Below are positions 23,879-34,885 of a DNA stretch of 64,000 bases, piece by piece (the first letter of the stretch is position 1; every line of letters starts with the position of its first letter). The translations under genes were made by a program, and so were the position numbers. Source of the DNA: Anolis carolinensis. Taxonomy: Eukaryota. The DNA lies in NCBI RefSeq assembly GCF_035594765.1, contig NC_085845.1, forward strand, positions 162,580,897 through 162,644,896. Reading direction: 5' to 3'. The notes under the pieces were generated by a model, which had not been told where the DNA came from, searched no databases, and was given only the letters and a program-made list of their open reading frames with translations.

Positions 23879-24392
23879 AGACACATCTACACTGACCTGC
23901 TATCCTGAAAGTGGGTGTGTCAGCTCTGGGACAATGCATAGAACTGATTCAGGTTAACATAACCTTTAACCTTGTTAACCTGGGTTGCTCCAAAGTCTCT
24001 CTGAGAAACAAGAGCAAACCATAACTTTGAAACCATGTAAGTAGCAACTGTTTACAATGCCATCCAATATTCCCTAGGCTCAGGTCATCTGGAAGACTTA
24101 AGAGGCATTCACTGTCCCTCTTCCATTCTTATTGTAATGGTGACATGAACAATGTAGCTTGTGTCTGTTGTGTGTCACCTGGAGTGATGTTGACCATGGT
24201 GCCAGAGCAATCAGAGAATCTGGTGCATTCTCTTGCTCCCCGGTCAACTTTATTCATGTGATGAACAATAGATACTGGCCATGTTGCACCCACTGGGTGC
24301 CACTATAATGAAAATGGGAGAAGGCAGTAAGGTCAGGACTCAATTCAACACTTCAAATTAACCCTGGGATACAGGGTCATTGTAGATGTCTC
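23879..24392. mobile_element. Old palindromic MITE (PIF/Harbinger-like)
   Basis: Terminal IR ACATCTACACTGACC / GGTCATTGTAGATGT plus internal degenerate inverted segments. Confidence 0.5.
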
Positions 24393-24562
24393 CACTATCC
24401 AGGTGACATCTCAGCGGGTTGACACAATCTTGGCCTCATAGGACTGTCTGGACACTACCTGCAGATTCAGCACAATAACATGTCCATACAGAAATATAAA
24501 AAGCTGAGCTTGCTAACATAATTGTACAACAACTGGTTATAAAATTTATAATCTTGATTTAC

Positions 24563-24730
24563 CTGTGTCTGATCAACAGACAGATTCTCATCATAGTCAT
24601 ATAGGATATCCAGATCTTCCAATGTAACATCATATGTTTCAGAGTCATAATTTATAGAACTCATTGTAGGAGCAGCCATAATGGCATCAAAGAGAAAAAT
24701 TGCCAAGAAAATATTTGGAAAGGACTTCAT
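24563..24730 (-). CDS. EPYC: Epiphycan exon 2, first coding exon (exon spans 24563-24744): signal peptide and Tyr/Asp-rich N-terminus
   Basis: MKSFPNIFLAIFLFDAIMAAPTMSSINYDSETYDVTLEDLDILYDY...DQTQ followed by a gtaaat donor; acceptor ctttctctag at 24745; located downstream of KERA as in the conserved SLRP cluster. Confidence 0.93.
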
Positions 24731-24808
24731 CCTTCAATAGTTTTCTAGAGAAAGAAAGCGGAAGAATAATAGTTAAAATTGCAAATATTCCAGAAAGAAA
24801 GCAAAACA

Positions 24809-25115
24809 CAGTAGAGTCTCACTTATCCAACATAAATGGGCCGACAGAATGTTGGATAAGCGAATATGTTGGATAATAAGGAGGCATTAAGGAAAAGCCT
24901 ATTAAACATCAAAACAGTTATGATTTTACAAATTAAGCACCAAAACATCATGTTATACAACAAACTTGACAGAAAAAGTAGTTCAAAATGCAGTAATGCT
25001 ACGTAGTAATTACTGTATTTACGAATTTAGCACCAAAATATCACGATATATTGAAAACATTGACTCCAAAAATGCGTTGGATAATCCAGAATGTTGGATA
25101 AGTGAGATTCTACTG
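24809..25115 (+). mobile_element. Tc1/mariner-type MITE
   Basis: Same TIR family as 15674; about 64 nt from the EPYC exon 2 acceptor. Confidence 0.88.
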
Positions 25116-25243
25116 TATTATTATCAAACATTGCAGCTATTCCATTACATATTGGATTAATACTGTTTTTAGGAAGATTAACTAGAACAGCTGATGAGCA
25201 AAGAGATTTTACAACTCTGTGAATATATAAATCATGTTATCAA

Positions 25244-25609
25244 AGGCTTTCATGGCTGGAATCACTGGATTGCTGTGAGTTTTCTGGGTTTCAGATCAGT
25301 TTCCATCATTGATTAATTTATATAGGGCTTTCATGGCTGGAATCACTGGGTTGCTGTGAGTTTTCCAGGTTGTATGGCCATGTTCTAGAAGCATTCTCTC
25401 CTGATGTTTCACCCACATCTATGGCAGGCATCCTCAGAGGTTGTGAGGTCCTCACAACCTCTGAGGATGCCTGTCATAGATGTGGCCTAAACATCAGGAG
25501 AGAATGCTTCTAGAACATGGCCATACAACCTGGAAAACTCACAGCAACCCAGTGATTCCAGCCATGAAAGCCCTATATAAATTAATCAATGATGGAAACT
25601 GATCTGAAA
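25244..25609. mobile_element. Penelope-like inverted repeat; 160-bp-arm palindrome (25289-25609) plus an extra left fragment
   Basis: Symmetry centre at 25449; same sequence family as 6442-6658. Confidence 0.82.
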
Positions 25610-27896
25610 GCTAAAAGGGCAAAACTTCAAAATAATTTCTTCCCCTTTGTTTTCATTATATATGTTCTATTTAATTAAATGTGTGTGATGGAAGGAACTG
25701 ATTCACATTTTGTTCCAGCCCTATGTCAGTTGTAGTTTATAGAGAGCATTATGTACTGAAGAAAGGGGTTGTAGTGTTTATGGAGTGGTAATGCCACCTG
25801 GATAATATCCGGACACCTATGTTGGCCGTTCACCCCTTCTAGCAATCATAACATTATTAATTCCATAGGAAGACCACTGAAGTGTTCCCCTATCCATCTT
25901 TCTCTCACCTTGGAAGACATGACACTGATAAAAATGTGGTCTCTACTGATAAGAGTTGCTCCTTCATAACATCATATGCAATCATGATGGAGGCCACCAC
26001 CACATTATTCCAGATACAATTTTTCTGCAGAGTATAACTAGATCAAGCAGGAGAGTATCTGGTGCATACATTCAGGATTAAGCTGGATGATTTCTGTGGA
26101 GGTATGCTGATGAACTTTATGCAGCACAAAAACTCAGCTATCATGTTGACTTAAGTGGCTTTTTCTGTGTGCATGATGCCCCAATGACAATATGAATCAA
26201 CTCCATAAAAAAAATTCTTTTAAGCTCATACAGCCACTATACTTGTCATGTTAGGTTGACATAAGTTGTATCAATAAAATTCTCATTTTTAAGTGGGTTT
26301 TGTTGGATGTGATTCATGCATTTTATTTTAATGAGAATTATTATATATATTCATGTATAAAATTTAGTCAAAATTGACCCTAAAATTTGGATTTACTTAT
26401 CCATGAGTCAATGTACTTTAACTCTTATTTAAAAGAGGAACAAGGGTAGAGTGTGTATTTTGCAACCTATAAAAAGTCCCGATTTCCTCTATTGTTTCCA
26501 CCGCAGCATGACCTCTGGCTTTTTTGAATGTCTGTGTGAGAAAATAGTAGCAGCTTTCAGGGGTGGCTGGTCCCCTAATATGGTGGTGCAATTATCAATA
26601 CTTTATTATTTCCATACAACATACATATTGAATACTGGAGGTATCAGTAAGAGTATAAATATTAATACACAAATCCACTACCATCAAACCTGATGACTTC
26701 AGAAATGAGTTTTTATTTATTTACACACTGTGCCTAAAGAACAGCATGCAGTCTATAATATTAGAAATTCATAAGAAACTTTCTTTTTTCCGGTTGCCTG
26801 GACTCAAACAAACAGATACTAAGTCTCGTGAAAGAAGGCCTTTGTGAAGCAGGTTTACACATGAAGGCATGAAATTCCAATGGGAATGGTGAACTGCATA
26901 AGGCATTCATTTTTCTCTTTTTTCATTTTTTAACTAGCTAGTAGACAGACTGTATAGCAATTGAGTCTCTATGCCTTTAACTAAGACTTAATTGTCTTGC
27001 ACTCTTCTGCAGTGACTTATTTACTACTGATTTATTCTAAGTTTGCCTGAAGCATGTATTGATATGTATGTTGTATTATGTCAATAAAGTAGAGTGTATG
27101 GGCTTTTTCATAGCTGAGAAATATTTTTAAACAACAGCAAAAATTATGTATATTTTCTTTTTTTAACTTATTGAAAATATCAGTTGAATCTAACAGGTTT
27201 ATATTATAACTGTATTATTATTAGTTTAAGCCATATAGTGAGAAATTTTTCATTTGCAAATTGTTTTATCCCAATTCTTAGAAAAACTCTCTAAAATAAA
27301 TGTCTGGTGATCAAAGTGGGAAAAAACTGAAACTAATAACTAAACCCTAGATTAACTCATTAGCTAGAAATCTGTACCCACCTTCCTTCCAGGTCCAAAT
27401 TCATCACATATGATAAAATATCACCAATGTTCGATTTTTTTGTCAATACACTGATAAATAGAAACTATTCTGAAAGTTACGTGATATTGTGATAGCATAC
27501 CAGGGTTGCAAAGACTTCATAACTTGAGGCATGTTTACTTAAATACTGTTATATACCCCAGTGCGTGCACATACAAAAATAAACAGAAACATACACTTGT
27601 GAACCAGACTGGTCTGCCTAACCTGACCAAAATATTTTTTATGTCTGTAGTTTTTTTTATAAGCAAAATATTGGAACATACTGTAATTACACTGGCATCT
27701 ATAAGAGCTTTCAAATATTATGATGTAGGTTATGCAGTTTTCATAGAAATGCACTAAAACTAAATAAAAAGCAAATATCAAAAAATTAATAAGCATCATT
27801 ACAATTCTTCTTAAAATACAAAATGCTCATACCTTTACACATAAGGTGTTTTTAAAATCTAGTTTACTAATGAGAAAAAGGAAGCAGAAAACGTAC

Positions 27897-27975
27897 CTTT
27901 GGCTCTTGCTTTCTTAAATGGCATAGAGTTACTCTGAATACACAGTCTGTGGTTTTTAGCTTCACCAATGACAGT
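27897..27975 (-). other. EPYC: Epiphycan non-coding exon 1 (5' end approximate)
   Basis: Ends ...TGCCATTTAAGAAAGCAAGAGCCAAAG|gtacgt. Resembles the mammalian EPYC exon 1 end (...AGAGCCAAAG) as recalled from memory, not aligned. Confidence 0.7.
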
Positions 27976-29056
27976 GGGGTGCCAGGTTTGTGGGAGGAGG
28001 GTGTTGCAGAAAACCTTCATCCTGAGAAATTTCTTGATGCTCAAACAGTTTCATATCAGAAAGTCAGAAAAAAGCTCTTCCTGGATATCGTTCATTTTGC
28101 TGAAAGAGCACGTATTTAAAGTTCAATATTATACCAGTAAATGCATTGTTATCATTGTGCCAAGGATTAAATACAGATGTTTAAATATTTGATTCTGTGT
28201 CTTATAAATGAACAGTACCAAAGGGAAATCATTGATTGCTATTTTGATATTTAAATATATTGTTATTTTATCACTGTATCATATCACCAGGAGTTTTAGT
28301 GGGCAAAATGATTTATCATATTGATCTCATCCATCTCCTCCAAAAACTAGAAAGATGTGTTATTATTAAGAATAGGAAGAACAATAGATGAGCTAAAGTG
28401 ACTTGCTTTAGGCTGTTCAGAGAGCTCAAATCAGTTGACCCAGTTATCCTTAAGTGAAAACACTGAGATGAGTTATTTTTAATGACCAGAAATATTTTCC
28501 TCTCCACTAATTATTATGGTTAATGCTTCTGGATACATTGCATTACTCGTGATTTATGGCAGGATACTCTTAATAGCACTTTAAAAATGGGGATCCATTT
28601 TGGATTTTATTTTAAACAATAACTGAGCTATCTATGAATTCTAAACTATATCATCTGAATAGATATAGCATGTTAGATAATTATTTTACAACTAGTCCTC
28701 ATTAATTGATCACTTTAAGACCAGAATTCAGTTGGTTACATGCATATAAATTGGGATTGTCTATGTGTCCATTTTTGGATACTTTGAAGTTTATGTTCAG
28801 TACTCCCAGTGCAACATCTATTAAATCTTTCAAAGCAGCTTCCAAACACTTTCAATGGGAACACATTGCCCAAATTATTAACTAAAGGCTGCAGAAATTC
28901 TTCCATTCTTCTTTCTGTATTCTGCATTTATTATACTACTAAGCAATGTTTCCTAAGTATTTGTACAGGTCAGCAGTTGACTAGGCTCCACAGTACTATA
29001 GCCACTTCCTATGATGAATACAGAGGGCTTCCGCCATGGTGGAATTTTGTTTAGAC

Positions 29057-29192
29057 TAGGCATGGGAAAACTTTGGCCCTCCAGGTGTATTGGATTTCAA
29101 CTTCCACAATTCCTAACAGCCGGTAAGCTTTGCTGCGGTTTCTGGGAGCTGAAGTCCAAAACATCTGGAGGGCTGAAGTTTCCCCATGCCTG
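29057..29192. mobile_element. Short hAT MITE (CAGGCATGGGnAAACT TIR)
   Basis: Palindromic body; 8-bp TSD GTTTAGAC/GTCTAGAT (6/8). Confidence 0.75.
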
Positions 29193-29244
29193 GTCTAGAT
29201 GCTAGTTGGCAGTTAGACCTGTGTTGCCTCTCCTGTTAGATATA

Positions 29245-29550
29245 CAGTAGAGTCTCACTTATCCAACATAAACGGGCCGGCAGAATGTTGGATAAGTGAA
29301 TATGTTGGATAATAAGGAGAGATTAAGAAAAAGCCTATTAAACATCAAAATAGGTTATGATTTTACAAATTAAGCACCAAAACATCATGTTATACAACAA
29401 ATTTGACAGAAAAAGTAGTTCATTACACATTAATGCTATGTAGTAATTACCGTATTTACGAATTTAGCACCAAAATATCATGATATATTGAAAACATTGA
29501 CTACAAAAATGCGTTGGATAATCCAGAACGTTGGATAAGTGAGACTACTG
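29245..29550 (+). mobile_element. Tc1/mariner-type MITE, TA TSD
   Basis: TIRs CAGTAGAGTCTCACTTATCCAAC; TA on both sides. Confidence 0.9.
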
Positions 29551-31000
29551 TAGTTCCAACTATTTTCATCTTTTTTGTTTTCATCCAGGCCATTTTATAA
29601 TTCTATCTTTGAGAACCTTACTCATTCCCACTCTGATGGTCTTTTTACACTACATAATTATAGTGCTGCATTTTCTTTTTAACTGCCATTGCAGTTTAAA
29701 TGATTGGAAGTTTATGGAGAAACATTTAGATTTCTCTACCAACCAGAGATCTCTAATTCATCAACATAGTACAAACCTCAAGCTTCCATAGGTTGATGCC
29801 ATGGCAATAAGGGAGAACCATAGTGCTGTAACTGGGAAATGAAAAAGGGCCACAGGTTACCATGTTATTTTCCCTAATATGGACACACATACTATGGGTT
29901 TCTTCTTGCCATTCTTTCATATAGCCTTACAACCTGATATGGGCATATCTATACAATCCTCTTGTCAATGTATTCATGTGTATGCTAAAAAAAATGCCAG
30001 TGCCTTCGACTTGCTGACTGAAGACAATAAAGATTAGATGGAAAAGGCCTCTGCTTGTCAAATGTTTTAGCGGATACCTCTTCTGTATTCCATTATGTAC
30101 CCACAACATGTTTAAGGGAAATTATTGAGACAAGGTTTTATCTCTCTGTTATCTGGTACTGTGCTTGACAAATAATGCATTACAACATAAAATGGCATTG
30201 ATAGGAAATATTACCTTTGGGGCAAAGATGATTGACTTAATGCTTGTGTAATGTCTTTCTTAAGTGGATGTTTGTTTGAGACATTACTATCTTTGGATAA
30301 ACCAGCTATTGAGTAACATATCTCAAGTAGTCCAGTTGAACTCTGTTAGAAGATGTTGCTTTGTTTTAGAAAGCTTACTTATGGCATGCTTCCATAATTC
30401 AAACTTTGTGTCAGAGAATCATGTGAGCTTATTGTCTTTGTCTTTTGGACTTGGAAGCCTCTTGTGTTGTGAGGGAAATGTCATAGGATGCTTCCACTCT
30501 GGTTGCAGGCAGGGTCTCCGCCAGTGATTTCGTGTGATGGGTAGCTAGACTGGTGGGGAAGTGTCTTAGGATGCTAAAAAGCCCTCTGTGATGAAGTGGA
30601 AAGTCCTCGTTCCGGCTCAGAGACTTTAACTTGTTTTCTTTTCCTTCACTATTCCAGCCAGGAGTTCTCTCTAGCTAAAAATGAGTCCAATGGTAGCAAG
30701 GAAAAGTAATTTTTCAGTTTCTTAAATCTTCTAGGGAATACTTTCCCTATATATTGCAGCTAACCAAAACTACCCACTCTTACTCTGGTATATATGCGAG
30801 TGTGCGCGCGCATGTATATTAGGAAAAGTATTATATTAGCCTTACCTGAGAACCTCTTTCTTCCCTCCTTAATCATCTCTAAAGCTTTAGACAACTTTTA
30901 TTCCCAAATCCTCATAGCCTTGCAAATTTGCCGTTCTGCAATGTACTTTTGTCATTTGTGAAGCTTTACCATAACATTTACTATTCCCCAATGTAATAAT

Positions 31001-31830
31001 TAGAGGTGTGCACAAAATTTGTCTCATATGTTTCATTCGTGCTTCTGTTTTGTATCGTCCATTCGGATGGCACAAAACAGAAAGACCCCCAGTGAAACAA
31101 AAACTGCCTCGAAACGAAAGGCAGACGGGACGAATATCGGCCCCAAGCCTGCCTTTTGGATTGATCAGTTGTAGGCCCTGCGGGACCCAGGTGTGTAGGT
31201 CGAAAGCCTGCACCCATAGGCCCAGATGCCCGGGACTTCAGGTGCAGACTTTGGGCCAGGCCTAGCCAGGCCTCGCAGTAAGGATCGCTCCTTATTCAGC
31301 ACTCTACTGTAAGTCCTGCAAAGCAGAGGTGCCTAGGCCCAAAGCCTGCACCTGTAGGCCTGGGAGCTTTGGGCCTATAGGGACAGGCTTTGGGCCTACA
31401 TGCTTGAGCTCTGCAGAGCCAGGTGCTTAGGCCCAAAGCCTGCATCAGTAGGCCCAAAGCTATGGTGCATCAGTAGGCCCAAAGCCTATGGGTGCAGGCT
31501 TTGGATCTGGGTGCCCGGGCCTTGCAGGACTATGGGTGCAGGATTTGGGCCTATGCACACAGGCCTGGCAGGGGTGGGAGAGTTGTCCTGCACCTCCCCC
31601 CTCCCTTTGCCCGGCTCCTTACCCAGCATTTGAGCAGCGCTGGATGCTGCGGTTGCCTTGGCCTACAACTTTCCTCTCCCTCCGAAAAACAAAAACAAAA
31701 CAAAAACAAAACAAAAACAAAACTAATGTCTGATCTCCCAATTTTGGGAGGTCTGACGAAAACAGATCAGGGCCTCGACGAAAGCCGGGAAACGAAACAG
31801 AACAAGGCAAGTCCCGAAAGCCAATCTCTA
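31001..31830. mobile_element. Non-autonomous hAT-like element with internal GGCCCAAAGCCTGCAC-type repeats
   Basis: TAGAG...CTCTA ends; TSD GTAATAAT/GTAATAGT; a related left end starts at 63580. Confidence 0.7.
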
Positions 31831-31862
31831 GTAATAGTATATTGATTGTTGTATGTTCAGTA

Positions 31863-32637
31863 CAGAGCCGGCCCTAGGTATTTTTCAAGTGTAGGCGAAC
31901 AGAATTTTGGCGCCCCCCCCCCAAACCAATCACTGAAAAATAAAAGCATTGGATAAGCGAAAATGTTGGATAATAAGGAAGTATAAAGGAAAAGCCTATA
32001 AAACATCAAATTACATTATGATTTTAAAGATTAAGCACCAAAACATCATGTTTTACAACAAATCAATAGAAAAAGCAGTTCAATACATGGTAATGTTATG
32101 TAGGAATTACTATATTTGCAAATTTAGCACTAAACATTGAACAGGGATATAGGGCAGTGTGGACTTAGATAACCCAGGATAGCCCTCAGTATTAAAAAAA
32201 ACCTCTAAAATCAGGACAATAGATAAAGAACAACACTCTGAAAACAGAAGAAATCCAGACAGTAAACAATCAGGGACAGCTAACTCCTCCCAAAAAAAGA
32301 TTCTCCCAGGCAAGAAGAAGCCAGGCCTTGAAGCCACAGGGCCATTAAATGCTAATCAAGGTGATTAATTACAACATTCACACCTGCTTCAAAGAAAAGT
32401 TCTTTCTCCCACCCTCGACCTTCTACAGATATATAAACCCCACATACCTAGCTTCCAAGTTCCTACAGACCTCACAATCTCTGAAGGCCCCAAAGGTGGG
32501 CTTGCGTGGTGCAAAGGTGGGTCTGCGCTGGCTGGAAGGAGGTGGAGAGTGGTGCCCTCCTCCCAGGACGATGGTGCCCCCGGGACGATGGCGCCACAGG
32601 CAAATGCCTATTTCGCCTTATGGTTGGACCGCCTCTG
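31863..32637. mobile_element. Composite non-autonomous hAT carrying Tc1-MITE and Penelope fragments
   Basis: TIRs CAGAGCCGGCCC / GGACCGCCTCTG; TSD GTTCAGTA/GTCCAGTA. Internal 31948-32140 matches the Tc1 MITE; 32170-32486 ends in the Penelope GACCTCACAA-CTCTGA motif. Confidence 0.8.
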
Positions 32638-32808
32638 GTCCAGTAAAAGCCCTTTTTAAAAAAAAGTTAAGTATGAATGTGGGTTTTTGATTTCAGTTTG
32701 CCCTACTCACTGTTTGCCAAAGTTACAAGATTCCTGATAGGCATGTGTAGTCAGAGCATGTATGAATTTGGATCTAGTCGCCTGGGCCTTGAAGAACTAT
32801 GGGTGCAT

Positions 32809-33055
32809 GGAGCCTCTGGTGGTGTAGTGGTTTAAAGCCTTGTAACTTGAAGGTTGGGTTGCTGACCTGAAGGCTGCCAGGTTCAAATCCCACCCTGGGA
32901 GAGCACGAATGAGCTCCCTCTATCAGCTCCAGCTCCATGCGGGGACATGAGAGAAGCCTCCCACAAGGATGGTAAAAACATCCAGGCGTCCCCTGGGCAA
33001 CGTCCTCGTAGACAGCCAATTCTCTCACACCAGAAGCAACTCCTGACACAAAAAA
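32809..33055 (+). mobile_element. tRNA-head SINE, second family
   Basis: Similar to 18376-18621. Confidence 0.8.
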
Positions 33056-33464
33056 CAATGTATGAATTCACTCGTGTATCCTGAGGGCATATTTAGTAAC
33101 AGAGTAGATTTGTGGAGTATCTCAGGCCACTTCAAAATAGCACTTAAACATGTGCTGAAGCAGATTTAAGAAACCTGCTTAGGCACACATTTAAGAAACC
33201 CTCTTTGTTCATATGGCATCAAATTGTTGCTTATTGTAAAGCTGCTCTGAGTCCCCTTGGGCTGAGAAGGGCGGGGTACAGATATTGTAAATAAAATAAT
33301 TAGGTGCGTGTTTAAGAAACCCACTTAGGTGCGCATTTAAGTCCACCCATCTCCCTCTAAATCATGCACTTTCCCTGGGGAGGGAAGCGTCTAGATGAAG
33401 GGCATCAAGAACCCACCCACCCACCCACCCCCTTTACAAAGGTCTGAAAATAGAAAATAACTTT

Positions 33465-33614
33465 CCTGGCCACCATTATGCCTTTTGGCATGGTTTTTAC
33501 AACATACCAATGTAGTGCTAAAAGACGGGAAGGGGCAGGAGCAATTCCTCCCCTCTCTTAGTGCTATATTGGTATGTTCCAAAAACCATGCCAAAAGGCA
33601 TAACGGTGGCCAGG
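33465..33614. repeat. Inverted repeat with about 70-bp arms
   Basis: CCTGGCCACCATTATGCCTTTTGGCATGGTTTTT... / ...AAAAACCATGCCAAAAGGCATAACGGTGGCCAGG. Confidence 0.85.
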
Positions 33615-34156
33615 GGAAGGGATGGTTTCCCTCTTTGCTCTCCCTGCCCACTTGGCCCAAAGAAGTGAATTGGGCTGTGTGGACAGACCCCTCAGTAATC
33701 ACAGGGCCCATATTCCATTAGTCCTGGGTCTTTCAGGAAGACCTCAGTCTAATGGAGTATCAAATAAATTCAGGACAAATCAGGGCTTTCCTACTTTGTC
33801 TTGAATTAATTAAGTTTTACCAGAGATGTCATTCTGCAGAAGCTCCCACGTTATGGGACCTGTCTGAATGGTCCCTCAGTGTCTGATAGATGGGTTTTCC
33901 AATTTCAGCTGTGGATCTGTTCAGTTCATTCAGACTTATCATTGACAATATGATTACTTTTTGAAACATGCCCTTCTTTGTGTTTGGGTGGATGGCCTTT
34001 TCCAGAGATATTGTTTTCATTGAATAATAATGGTACTTCGGGAATATTCATGGTTTGGTTTTTTTTAATAACCCGACTCTGATTCATGGTTTTCACAACT
34101 TCACTTTCTCAATCATGAGTTAATTCATGATATTATTTATTTGGTTGTGTTCTTGA

Positions 34157-34487
34157 GGAGCCCCGGTGGCAAAGTGTGTTAAAGCACTGAGCTGCTGAAC
34201 TTGTAGGTCGAAAGGTCCCAGGTTCAAATCCCGGGAGCAGAGTGAGCGCCCACTGTTAGCTCCAGCTTCTGCCAACCTAGCAGTTTGAAAACATGCCAAC
34301 GTGAGTAGATCAATAGGTACCGCTCCAGCGGGAAGATAACGGTGCTCCATGCAGTCGTGTTGGCCACATGACCTTGGAGGTGTCTATGGACAATGTGGTC
34401 TCTTTGGCTTAGAAATGGAGATGAGCACCAACCCCCAGAGTCAGACATGACTGGACTTAACGTCAGGGGAAACCTTTACCTTTACCT
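34157..34487 (+). mobile_element. Sauria SINE, full length
   Basis: GGAGCCCCGGTGGC head, B box and ACCTTTACCTTTACCT tail. Confidence 0.92.
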
Positions 34488-34569
34488 ATGTTCTCCTAAA
34501 ACTTTTGGGCCTTCCAGAAGCAGGTGCTGCTGATGGGGTAACATGACATAGACAAATCATCACAGATGA

Positions 34570-34885
34570 TTTACATAACATGAAAAACAGATGAAGTCAT
34601 AGAAATAGTTGGAGATTTTCCATACCTTGGCCCAGTCATTAATTAGAGTGGAAATTGCAAGCAAGAAATCAGAAGGAGACTAGGGCTTGGGAGGATAGCT
34701 ATGAAGTAACTAGACAAGATCTGTGGTGTAAATATATATCACTGAATACTAAACTAAGGATGACCACATTCCAAAAATCCACAGCCCCGGGTCTGCAAGA
34801 CCTGAGCAGGATTTTTGATGATAGCGTGATTTGAAGGCCTCTTATTCATAGAGTCACCATAAATTTGAAGGCAGTTAACTACAAC
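34570..34885 (+). mobile_element. Old RTE-clade LINE fragment
   Basis: Degenerate FPYLG...QEIRRRLGLGR translation; related pieces near 47180-47460 and 49250-49500. Confidence 0.55.

Noticed and set aside
24467-24562. Tail of the 87-aa ORF (VNQDYKF...)
   Set aside because: Intronic, after the CAG|GTAAAT donor of EPYC exon 2.
31140-31570. CRISPR-like repeat array
   Set aside because: Eukaryotic DNA with degenerate units in mixed orientation, no unique spacers and no cas genes.
34157-34250. tRNA gene
   Set aside because: The A/B boxes belong to the tRNA-derived SINE head; there is no complete cloverleaf.
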